Under the pieces are notes generated by a model, which made no database searches, was not told the origin of the DNA, and worked only from the letters and a program-made list of their open reading frames with translations. This document shows, in pieces, positions 35,538-46,958 of a stretch of 64,000 bases of DNA. Each line of letters starts with the position of its first letter. Position 1 is the first letter of the stretch. This DNA comes from Gracilinanus agilis. Its lineage: Eukaryota. A program made the translations under genes and the position numbers. The stretch spans positions 105,202,219 to 105,266,218 of the forward strand of contig NC_058135.1 of the NCBI RefSeq assembly GCF_016433145.1. The letters run 5' to 3'.

Positions 35538-36654
35538 CTCTATAGCTTAGTTCTCCCATTTTGCACACCAAAAATAAATGGTGTTCATATGAGAATTCTC
35601 TCCTTTTAGTCTGGAAAATCCTCCAACCATTAATATACTAATGACAACTATCACAATTAGTACATCTTTTCACATCATCAATGTAAAGGCAAATAAATCT
35701 ATCAGTGGAAGACCCCAATTCCAAGCAACGAATCCTAGAAATGTGATTTGGCAAGTATAATAGACAACCTCCCTATAGACATTAAAAATACCAACCCAGT
35801 GTAGTTTAAAAAAAAAACAAAAACCTCAGGTAATTTCTTTGATAAGGTTTAGGATATGTCAGCTGTAATATTTAAAAGAGAGGTAAACTGGGCAATTTGA
35901 ATCATCAGAGGTATTGAAGAGATTTGTTACATCATCTCATCAAAACAGATAAGGAAGGATAACTTCTCTAGAGACAAGATAGAAATAATCTAATTAGTGA
36001 ATGCTACCAACTGCTTCTGTCTCTTATCTTAGGAGGAGGGTAATTAGGACTGAAGGTTGAGTTTAAAAGTTCTAATGATGACTGACCCTGTCCCTGATTC
36101 TCAGGCTGGAACTTCTTAGCAAGATAATGTTACCTCTAGACTTCCCCAGTCTCTCCTTGTCATCTGTCTAGAAACCTGATTTCATTTCAAGTAAGCAAGA
36201 TGAAGACCCCCTTCTCTCCCTAAAAGAAGCCAATACCATTTTAAGAAACTCAAAGGGGCTACTGCCTGGCTTCCTTGGTGCCCCTCTAAGTTACATGTAT
36301 TGACATCAAATATGATTCTCATTCATTTATTGTCTGGAAGATGGAGATCTACATCTATTATTATTTAGGTACCTACAGCTGGATCTGAACTCAGTTCTTC
36401 ATGACTGGATTCACTAACAGCTAAGTGATATTTTTGATTGAGTGCTAGACTACAAGTCTGAAAGACAAGTTCAGTTCTGTCTCACAGATTTTCTAGCACA
36501 GATTTTTGTTGGAAATTCACTTGTCTCTTGATTTCTCTGAACCTCAGGCTCCTCATCCATAAAACAGGGAAATTGGATTTGATGACATCTAAGACCCTTC
36601 TAGTTTTAAATCTGTGGTGCTCCCTTTCAACTCTTAAGATTCTCTGATTCTGGG

Positions 36655-36795
36655 GGTACTCATTGAGAGTCAGGCCTAGAGACAGAAAGTCCTGGGTTTA
36701 ATTAAATATAGCCTCAGAAACTTCCTAGCTGTGCGATTCTGGGCTGCCTAGCCCTTCCTACTCTTTCTGCCATTCTTAGTATCCACTCTAAGACA
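36655..36795 (+). mobile_element. Diverged, internally deleted SINE
   Basis: gagagtcaggcctagagacag head, cttcctagctgtg core, gcctagcccttcc tail. Confidence 0.7.
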
Positions 36796-36821
36796 GATAC
36801 TATTATACTTTATCCAACTAT

Positions 36822-37380
36822 TTTCTTTTTTTTTTCCTTTTTTTCTTTTTTTGAATTTAAAATTTTATTTTTTAGAAAAATTTTCCATGGTTACATGATT
36901 CAAGTTCTTACTTTCCCCTTCGCCCCCCCCCCAACTGACATGCATTTACACTGGTTTTAACATGTGCCATCAATCAAGACCTATTTCCATATTATTGATA
37001 GTTGTACTAGGGTGGTCGTTTCCAATCTACATCCCCAATCATGTCCCCATCCTCCCATGTGTTCAAGCAGTTGTTTTTCTTCTGTGTTTCCACTCCCACA
37101 GTTTTTCCTCTGAATGTGGATAGTTTTCTTTTCCATAAATCCCTCAGAGTTGTCCTGGATCATTGCATTGCTGCTAGTACAGAAGTTTTACCACAGTGTA
37201 TCAGTCTCTGTGTACAATGTTCTTCTGGCTCTGCTCCTTTCCCTCTGCATCAATTCCTGGAGGTCTTTCCAGTTCACATGGAATCCCTCCAGTTTATTAT
37301 TCCTTTGAGCACAATAGTATTCCATCACCAACAGATACCACAGTTTGTTCAGCCATTCCCCAATTGAAGGGCATACCCTC
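36822..37380 (-). mobile_element. 5'-truncated L1 (ORF2 C-terminus plus 3'UTR)
   Basis: Reverse frame gives CPSIGEWLNKLWYLLVMEYYCAQRNNKLEGFHVNWKDLQELMQRERSR, with a poly-T tail. Closely related to the L1 at 24638. Confidence 0.93.
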
Positions 37381-38344
37381 ATTCTCTTTAGAAATTGGTC
37401 ACAGAATTAAGAGTTTCCAAAGAAATCACAAAACCTGTAGAAATCTGTTGTTACTGTTATTTGTGGTTTGTGGTTGAGTAGCTCCGGATGATTAAATTCA
37501 GCATTAAAGGATCCTAGACCTGCCTTCTACCTCCCCACTCCTCACTCCCAACGTGTTGCACTGAACTAGAGGATAGGACATGGGAAAAGAAACTTAGACT
37601 GGATATGGATCCGCCCAAGTCCTAAGTATAAAAGATTTCTGAGAAATACAGGGATGGCAGGGAGGAAATGTGTGCATGAGGTTTGGAAGTTCAACTATAT
37701 CACATGCCCTTCCAGGGAACCTGGAGACACTAGTAGACACTGATTCTCAGCCAAAATAATATATTTTCCTATTTGGGTATGCAATCCACAGACACTAAAT
37801 TTTAGATGACTTACTAAAGAGCAAATGCTCTGAAATTCAGAAATGCATTCCATTTAGCTCATAATTCTTGAACATCATTGCATGTTGGTTTAAGATATGT
37901 CTCAACATCACTGAGTCATTAGCTCTATAGAGAGTTCTCAACTTAGGTTTCCTGATACTCCCAAGCAGTCATTAGAAACCCAGGCCATGTCCAGTTAAGT
38001 ATTGTACGCAGCAGAGGTATCAATGGGCCCACAGCAGATTAAAATGAATTGCGAAATGGCTAACAAAATAAATAAAAATACAATAGAACATAGATAATGT
38101 CATTATATGATTTTCCAAGTCAATATACTGCCTTTGAGACTTCTGTTCAGTTTAGTGCTCTTCCTCTTTCTTGTCTAGTTTGACGCACCTTGGGTACATG
38201 ACTGTTTTTGTTTTCAGTCAAAGCCCAGTGAAGAAGATCCCTTCTTTATTTCTGGGTCCATGTCTAGATCAAACTACCATGCATATGACAGAAGCCTGGG
38301 CGGGATAACTAACACGCTGTGTGGCAGATTCAGGATCCACTAAT

Positions 38345-38815
38345 CCTGCCAGCTCTCACAAATTTAATGAGCTACTCTCTAAGACTCTAATGGAATCACT
38401 GATAAAAGTATTGAATGGAACAGAGCCAAGCACAAATTCATAGGGCACACCACTGGAGACCTCTCACCAAGTCAACATTGAACTATTAATGATGACTTTT
38501 TGAAAGTCATTCAACAAGTCTGAATCCCAGCTAATTAGGTTGTCATTATAGTCTACATACCTTCTCCTTCTCCACAAAAATTGTAGGATATGTAATAGCA
38601 AATGCTTTGCTAAAATCTTAGTAGGATATTATAGTTTCGTAACCCTGTCAAAAAGTGAAATTAAAATTTCTTTGGCATGATCCAATGTTCTTCATGAGGC
38701 CATGCTGGCCACTTTCTTTTGTTCCATGTTTGCTAATCATTCCATTTATGGTCAGTTCTAGAATTTTCCCAGCAAAATCAAGCCCAGTGCTCTGTATTTG
38801 CAGACTTTATTCTCT
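38345..38815 (-). mobile_element. L3/CR1 reverse transcriptase fossil
   Basis: Reverse strand gives DFSKAF (38599-38617) and EVSSGVP..VLGSV.FNTFISD (about 38405-38465), characteristic CR1-clade RT motifs. Confidence 0.85.
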
Positions 38816-39181
38816 GTCTTTAAAAAAAAAAAAAAAAAAAAAGCAAAACCAGACAAGATATTAGCTCTTCTCCATTCCTGCAATACCATCCTCATTTTCC
38901 CACATTTTTTCAAATATCATATTTATATATATATATGTATATATATATCAAATATATCAAGTTCAATAATGATATGTTGTTTTTTTTCAGTACCCAAAGA
39001 CTTAGTTAATATGATATAAATTTAGTCAGTCAATGACCAAACATTTATTTAGCACCAGTATCCCAATACTGGATGCTGAGGATACAAAAATAAAAAGTAT
39101 ACAGTCCCTGTCTGAAAGAAGCTTATACATTTAATTAGGGGAGACATATATGTACATGTGTAAGTATATACAGAATACATA

Positions 39182-39734
39182 TGTAAGTAGTACTCTCTCT
39201 GGCTCCTTCTTAATTCCTGCTCCATAAGCAGGCCAAGTCCCCAGAGGGTGGCTGCCTATTACTCTCCATAGGCTTCTCAGGGTGACTTTAGCAGAGTAGC
39301 GTTCCTGGTTCTGTCCCTCATGGGTCCCACTAGTTTGCTTCCCATTGACAGGCTTTTTTTTTTTTTTAAGCAGAGGTATTTAATAAATAGCAAGAATGGC
39401 ATTCTTAAAATAATAATAATAATAATAAAAATAATAATTCCCTCCCTGCATACAGAGTCCACGGGGAGAGTAGGCACAAACTTAACAAAGAATGTTAGTG
39501 AGACACGTAGGGGACACTTAGCAGAGTGCTCGTGAAGTTCCCCTTTGGCAGAGTATACTTCTGGGCTCCAAGCTTTGGTGCCTTTGTAGTATATTGTTTT
39601 CTACTGGTCCAGTACTTCCAATGCCAGGGACTTTGGGGAAGAACTAAGAGGGAGGAGAGAAAGGAAAGGGAGAAGAAATACCTTATCCTTACATATCAGT
39701 ATAAAGTCAGGGTATTTAGGGGGAGAGAATAACA
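39182..39734. mobile_element. Probable solo LTR (about 553 bp) inserted in an L2 fossil
   Basis: Begins TGTAA and ends TAACA (TG...CA with a short inverted terminal repeat), contains AATAAA, and interrupts L2-like sequence. The TSD is not clean (acata/gcatc). Confidence 0.5.
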
Positions 39735-39779
39735 GCATCAAAAAACTTTATGTAGAAAGCAATGCTTGAGTTGAATTTT

Positions 39780-39978
39780 TTTTTTTTCAGTTTTTTTTTT
39801 TTTAACCCTTGTACTTTGGTGTATTGTCTCATAGGTGGAAGATTGGTAAGGGTGGGCAATGGGGGTCAAGTGACTTGCCCAGGGTCACACAGCTGGGAAG
39901 TGGCTGAGGCCGGGTTTGAACCTAGGACCTCCTGTCTCTAGGCCTGACTCTCACTCCACTGAGCTACCCAGCTGCCCC
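39780..39978 (-). mobile_element. Young SINE1_Mdo-like element (variant tail)
   Basis: Perfect 14-bp TSD ttgagttgaatttt at 39766-39779 and 39979-39992. Confidence 0.93.
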
Positions 39979-40374
39979 TTGAGTTGAATTTTGAAAGAAT
40001 TTGAGGATCCTAATAGGCACATGTGATGAAGAAGGGAGTTCATTCCAGGCATGAGAGATGGCCAGTGATGAGACCGTCCTGGAGAGGAGTGAAGAAGTTA
40101 CTAACTGCCATTTTGGCAAAGAAAACTGCAACAGAGGTCTGGATAACTGAAGTCTTACATTGATATTAATTATATAGTGTTTATATGATGAGATTGTCAT
40201 CTGTTTCCTGACATCTCTTTCCTCTTTCTGTTGGAGGAATCTGTAAATACTCTGATGACAAAATTAATTGTTTCTCCCTCCATTGGATTTTATCATGCCC
40301 CCCACCCCTTTCTGGACTTTCACAAATGAGTATACCTGCCAGGCTCCTTTAACTCCTGTTTCTTTTGTATTGTT

Positions 40375-40915
40375 TTATTAATTATTTTAATTTTTTTCAT
40401 TTCATTCATTTTGGCTCCTTTTGTCCCACCCCCCTTGCACAAATCCCATCCTTACAATTTCCAAATAAATTCTTCTTTTCCTTATTTTTAAAACAAAACC
40501 AGCACATCAAATATCCCTAAGACTTTCTGGAATATTTTATGCTATACCTCCTGTAATAAAGAGGGGAAGAGAGATTTTTCTCAACTCTTCTGGTCCAATC
40601 TTGGCTGTTATCAATGCAGAGCAGTCAGATAGATTTTATCATGTTTTTAAATTATTTATTATTATGATAAATATGTATATTGGTTTTCCAGAACTGCTTA
40701 TTTTCCTGAATTCTTCATCTTTGTAATTTCTTATAGCATGATGATATTCTATTTATATCCATGTATCACCATGTATTTAACTGTAATGGGCACCAACTTT
40801 GTTTCCAGTTCTTACAACCACAATATGGTAAAAATGAAAATGTTGATTTATATAAGAACCTGTTGTCATTGACATTTTTGTTCTATATCTCTAGTAATAA
40901 GATATTCTGTTTTTG
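40375..40915 (-). mobile_element. Old L1 3' fossil (ORF2 end plus 3'UTR)
   Basis: Reverse strand ttgtggttgtaagaactggaaacaaagttggtgccc resembles ORF2 FVVAKNWKQ.GCP, followed by a decayed 3'UTR. Confidence 0.65.
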
Positions 40916-41665
40916 TTTCTTTTAATGAAGCATATCCACTTGGAGACATTTACTTGATATTAAGTCATACATCATTTAACCTCTGAGGTTAAATTCTCCT
41001 CCTTGTGGTAGGACTGGTGGCTCTTCTTTCTTCTTGCCCCAGTTTTGGTCCTTTTTGTTCAGATATCTGAAACTGATCCTTTTACTATTGGCACCTTTCT
41101 TGGAATTTTTCTCCAATTGACTTCTGAGTGTTTCAGTCGCTATTCTCACATCAATGTAGTCACTCCCTCTGGTATCCAGCTTGGTGACATAGGCAGCTCC
41201 TCTCTTCTCTTTCTTCTCCAAGTTATTTGGATTTCATTTGCAAGATGTCAGTGAAATGTGTATTTTGCCTGTAAGTGATATGAACATTTTCCATGATCTT
41301 AGACAAGACAGTTAACCTTTATGAACTCTAATTTCCTCATTATCTGGGGAAAAAAACCAATTCAGTTCAAGCACTTATTAGGTGCCCTATGATGAGCCAA
41401 GTTTTTACTAAATGTTGGCGATCCTAGGATAAAAGGAAAAGCAATCCCTCCCTTCAAGGAAGTTAGAGTCTACAGAGTGAGTTCAAGCATTGTACAACCA
41501 GGGTTAGAATGTTTTTTGGATCAATAGAAATAGTATTCAAGGAGCATTTATTAGATACGTATTAAATATGAAAAAGCAACGTGGCCTAGGTCAGTGGTAT
41601 TAATATCAAAAAGAAACAGAGGCCACTAAACCACATATAAGGTTCTCTGTGGGTACATAATGACT

Positions 41666-41860
41666 TTTGTTGTTTAGTCATTCTCAGTACTCTTTGTGAC
41701 CCTTTTGGAGGTTTTCTTGGTAAATATACTAAAGTAGTTTGCCATCTCCTTCTCTGGTTCATTTTATGGATGAGGAAACTGAGGCAAACAGGGTTAAATG
41801 ACTTTTCCAGGGTCCCATAGCTAGTAAGTTCTGAGGTCAAATTTGAACTCGGGTCTTGGA
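41666..41860 (-). mobile_element. MAR1-like SINE splitting a hAT-type MITE fossil (41592-41665 and about 42000-42060)
   Basis: ttgttgtttagtc tail and gaggaaactgaggc core. Flanking pieces match the 5' part and AT-rich middle of the 17405 element. Confidence 0.7.
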
Positions 41861-42597
41861 ACTCGGTTTATTGGAACTAGATCAAAAAATTATTTTAAGG
41901 AAGACTTGAACCCAAGTCTTCCTGCCTTTGAGGTCATCGCCTATATCCTGGGCCTGAGATGTCAAATATGAAGCAGACAAGGTTATTGGTCAAAAAAGTG
42001 ATTTTACACATATTAGCATTATCTGTGTTCTATTACATTTTACATTTTAAATTTTATAGGGCCAGTCCCCTGCTATTTCACATTCAATATCAGAGAGAAA
42101 TGAAAACACGTGTGTCAGACATATCTATCCATCTGTACATCATGCAACAGTTAAGTCAAAGGGGATTTCCTTGGCCAGGAGGAGGCTACCAGCGAGGAGA
42201 ATCCTTTCAGCCCATTGAGCTGGGGGCAGCTCCTTTGTCCGAGGCCCCCATCGCCATCAGAGCCGCCATGGAGCTCCTCTTGGCTGCAGGATGCTCGGGC
42301 AGGGAGGGAGGGAGCTTCAGGGAGAGGTTAGGACATCACGTCTACCACAAGAGGGCCCTGATGGCCAGGGGAAAGGAATTAGGGAAGCATTCGAGCTAAG
42401 GACTGAAAGAAACCAGGGGCCCCAAAAAGTGGAGAGGATGAGGGAACAGGCCCCCCGGCATGGAGGGTCTCTGTCCAAAGGCACGGAGACGGACGCTGGA
42501 ATGTTGGGATATGGAATAGCACAGCAGAATGGAAGAGTGGGGGGATGAGGATGAGATTGAGAACCATTATGACCCAGGGCCACGCAGCTACAAAATG

Positions 42598-43255
42598 GTA
42601 ATAATGATGATGACAGCAATGTTAATAAGAGCCAGCATTTATATGGTACTTACCGTGTGCCAGGCACTGTGCCAAACACTTTTCAAGAATTATTTTATTT
42701 GATTCCTACATCAACCCTGGAAAGCAGGTGCTGTTATTGTCCCTATTTTACAGAAGAGGAAACTGAGGCAAGCAGAGGCTAAGTGAATTTTCCAGGGTCA
42801 CAGAGCTAGTAAATAATAATGATAATGAAAGCAATAATGATAATAATACCTGACATTTATATAACACTTACTGTGTGCCAGGCACTGTATCTAACACTTC
42901 ATAATTATTATCCAATTTTCACATCAAAACTATTATTGACTCCATTGTTCAAAAGAGGAAATTGAGGCAAACGGGCTAAATGACTTTCCCAGGGTCACAC
43001 AGCTAGTAAATGATGGCAACAATGAAAATAATAGCTAACATTTATATAACACTTACTATGTGCCAGGCACTGTTCCAAGTGCTTTATAATTATCATCTGA
43101 TTCCCCACATCAACCCTGGAAAGTAGGGGCTATTATTGTACCTATCTTACATATGAGGAAACTGTGGCAAACAGAAGCTAAATTATTTATTCAAGGTCAC
43201 ATAGCTAAGGATTATCTTAGCCCAGATTTGAACCCAGTTCCAGCTCTCCAGCTCT
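42598..43255 (-). mobile_element. Three head-to-tail MIR-type SINE copies
   Basis: Each about 200-bp unit has acatttatat..acttac.gtgtgccaggcactgt, then gaggaaa(c)tgaggcaa, then agggtcaca.agctagtaaat. Confidence 0.88.
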
Positions 43256-43844
43256 CAACTCCAAAACTGGTTGTCTTTCTACTGGGCTCCCTAACTGCCC
43301 CAAAGTGCAATTCTTTATTTTGGTGGAATAGCCCTTCTTTGTGTAGTAGCACAATACACCAAGTGAACTTCAAAGAGCCACTGCATTTGTATGTTTCCCA
43401 CCTACATCACAGAGATTCAAGAAGAAGGACTCCTGGGAAGACCACAGAGTGAGTGGTCATCGGTCATTGGGCAGCCAACAAACATTTATGAAGTAACCGC
43501 CATGGGCCAGGTACTAAGCTCGGTGCAGGAGTCACAGATGCCCGAATGAAATAATCCCACCCCACCTCCACCTCAATAACAAACACAGGTCCCCAAAGGG
43601 CAGAAAACCCAACAATGATAGGAAGAGGAAAAGGTAAAAGAATACACTACGAGATCATTTTTTAGGGGGAAAAAAAAACGAGCATGAACTCATCTTCTAT
43701 TTGTTCCTGGTATTCCCCCTCTGCCTCCTCCTTTCTCTCACTCCCATCTCACTGTCCCAGGGTAACCCTCTGTTGGGTTGCATGGCTGCAGCAGTCTTAA
43801 TAAATAAATTCTTCTTTGTCACATAGGGTCTTCTATATGAGAGC

Positions 43845-44100
43845 TGGAAGGTGGCCCAATGGGTAGAGCATCAGGCCTGGAGTCAGAAAGGCTCATCTTC
43901 CTGAGTCCAAATCTGGCTTCAGACACTTACTATCTGGTTGACTCTAGGCAACACATTTAACTTTGCTTACTTCTGTTCCTAAAAATCTGTAAAATGAGAG
44001 AGAAAAGAAAATGGCAAACTACCCCCAGAATCTTTGCCAAGAAAACTCCCAAATGGGGTCACAATGTGTCATACATGAGTGAGAATCACTGAACAACAAC
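43845..44100 (+). mobile_element. MAR1-like SINE
   Basis: ggcctggagtcagaaagg head and gaaaatggcaaact...tttgccaagaaaac...actgaacaacaac tail. Confidence 0.8.
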
Positions 44101-44899
44101 TATGTGTCATACGCACTTTACAACGCACATCCAATCCTCACTCCCACCTTAGCAAGTTGGGGCTATTATCTCCATTTTTACAGTTTTTAGAAACAGAGGC
44201 TCAGGGTCCCACAACTAGTAAACTTGAGATTGAATTTGAGGTCTTCCTATCTCCAGGCCTAGCACTCTACCCACTGCACCACATAGCAGCCAACATCTTT
44301 GAAATTAACCCTTTTGGCAGTCTACCAGAGTGGTACCCACTCTCCAGGAAGATGGAGGCCAAGGTACTTAAACACTCCTGCCTCAGGCTCTTCTCTCTGC
44401 TTGCAGAAGGATTATGGGAGATCATTAAGATTAAGGGATGTCCTGACTACTAGAAAGAGTGAAAGCAAGGAAAAGAAGAAACCCTCAGGAAAATGCTTTG
44501 TGGGTACTCTTCTCTCTACTGTCCAGGAAGCTTTTCCTAATTCCTTCTTACCTATTGCTTGGGGCTCATCCTAAGGACAGAAAAAAAAAAATAAAGCTAA
44601 TCATGGAGAGGAAAGTAGAAGGAAATCAGAGCCTAGAAGAGTGGGGCAGGTAGAGATTCAAAACATCTCCAATAGTGATGACGACCACTTTGAGTATTGA
44701 ACTAGAGCACTGTTCCAATTCATTGTCCTAGCCTCTGAGAGACATACACTTTTTGTCTCACCTTGTCTAATCCTAGTGGTCTGAGAGAATAGGCAGCCAG
44801 TGCTAATGGAAAGGGCACAAAAGAGATGGATTTTCAGAGCAAAAGGATTAGCTTTAAGAAGCACATTTTCAGCAAGGACACCATAGAAAAATCAGTAGT

Positions 44900-45985
44900 G
44901 ATTGATAAAGGCAGATAAAAGCTGGCTGAAGAAGAGAAATGAAGAAACATTCTGCAGGAGGGAAAGCACCATCTTAGGAGAAAAGCACTTCACAACAAAG
45001 GGAATTGAGTCAAAAATCCCCTTAGGAAGGTGAAAATATCACAACAATTTCCAAGGCTTAGTGAAAATGGCAATGAAACAATTCCAAGACCTCCAGAATG
45101 GTTCAGAAGGGTAACCAAGGAACTGAGTGCGAAGGAGAAAAAAGTTATTTGTGTATATGTGTGTGTGTGTGTATGTAGGTATATGTGTGTAAACATATAT
45201 ATATAAAGTATATATAGATACATATATGTTTTTATGTGTATATATAATGTATATGTATTTTGTGTGTGTATATAATAGAATCTAAAACTTTAAGGAAGAA
45301 ATCAAGACATTTAACCAAGGATAATAGAACTTTGAATAAAAATAAGGACTCTGCATAATGAGATTCGCTGAAAAAGAGAACAATAAAACTGAAATGAAAA
45401 ATATGGAAAACCAATAACAAAACCAAGATAGGAAGAATATATGAGAACTCTCAAAAACAAAAACAAAAGATAAGAAGCTTAGAGATAATTTAAGTACTAT
45501 ATGTCTTCCAGAATAGTTTTGTAAAAAAGAAAACCTGAATGCCATGCTATAAAAAATCAAATGTAAAAAGTAAACAGAAATATTGGAAGCAGATGCCTTA
45601 GAACAGATTGAGAAAATTCTAAGAATGTCAACAACAACAACAACAACAACAACAAAACTCAATGATATTATAATCAAATTTCAAAGCTAAAAAAATAAGC
45701 ATCCTCTTTCTGAAATAAAGAGGATGTGGTATGGGGGAAGAACCTTCAATTTTCAAGAAAAAAAAACAATTTTAATTGTACAGGTTTAACTCATGTTTAT
45801 AATAAATCAAAGGTAAAATTCAAATATGATATTCTAAAAAGGCAAAGAAATTGGCACTTAAAACAACATTCTGTTGTCAAGTCTAAAAATCAGAGGAAAA
45901 AATTATATATTCAATAAAAGAGAAATTCAAACCATTCTTTCAAAAGATACTAGCAGATATGTAACTAGCAATTTTAACATTGAAG
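44900..45985 (+). mobile_element. L1 ORF1 fossil
   Basis: A-rich. Degenerate ORF1 motifs RDNLSTICLPE (45481-45513, cf. RDNLRIIGLPE), NDIIIKFQS (45661-45687) and NMIF..KAK (about 45823-45850). Confidence 0.8.
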
Positions 45986-46029
45986 GCAAGCTTCACAAAA
46001 TGTGCCTTGGGTCAAGCAGCATGAAATAT

Positions 46030-46215
46030 GTTTTCTGAAAAGCTTTAAAAAGTGGCTAATATGGGAAAATGTTTTGCATGACTTCACATGTATAATGAGT
46101 ATCACATTTTCTTCTCAATAGGTGGGGGGAAGGAAATGGGGGGGGAGAGATTTTGGAACCCAAAATTTCAAAAATTAAATGTTAAAAATAAATGTTTTAA
46201 AGGGAAATAAGAACA
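46030..46215 (+). mobile_element. L1-type 3'UTR terminus
   Basis: gtggctaatatgggaaaatgttttgcatgacttcacatgtataa, then a G-rich tract, then aaatgttaaaaataaa. Confidence 0.75.
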
Positions 46216-46540
46216 AAAAAATAGGGATACTTGCTAAAAGAAAACAATTGGGTTTTTTAAAGACATTAATTTGGTGGTTGGGACCGTGAAACATATATCC
46301 TGAGACTTTGTCCTATAAGAGGAAGACAAAGTCCCCTGAATATTCCAAGGCTGTTCTTGTGGAAGGAGGTCCCACAGCAGGGCTAACTGAGGAGACCCAA
46401 GACCCACAGAGAGTGCAGTTACTTCTACCACCACAGGGGGCAAGAAGTATATCTTATAGCTACTTATTTTAACTAAATATTCTAGCTAGGTAAATAGTCA
46501 GCTCATTTGTTTCCATGATGTTGAAGGAAATATAAACATT

Positions 46541-46788
46541 ATTGTTGTTGTTCAGTCCAGTCTAACTCTACATGACGCCATTTTGGGTTTTCTTGGCAAA
46601 GATACTGGAATGAGTTTGCCATTTTCTTCTCCAGCTCATTTGACAATTGAAGAAACTGAGGCAACAGGTTTAAATGAATTGACCAGGGTCACACCTCTAG
46701 GAAGTATCTGAGGCCAGATTTGAACTCAGGAAAATGAGTCTTCCTGGCTACAGGTGCAGCATCTATGCCCTTTGCCACTTAGGTGCCC
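46541..46788 (-). mobile_element. MAR1-like SINE
   Basis: ttgttgttgttcagtc tail, gggttttcttggcaaagatactggaa, core gaagaaactgaggc. Confidence 0.85.
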
Positions 46789-46927
46789 ATAAATGTTAAC
46801 ACTTTAAATTTTGATATCCTTGGGGAATGATGTCAAACTCAAATAGAAACTGAAGTCATTATATAAAGGCAATTGTTACTGTAGGCTGCATATTAAAATG
46901 ATATCTTTTGTTGTATATATGTATGTA

Positions 46928-46958
<31 letters not shown>

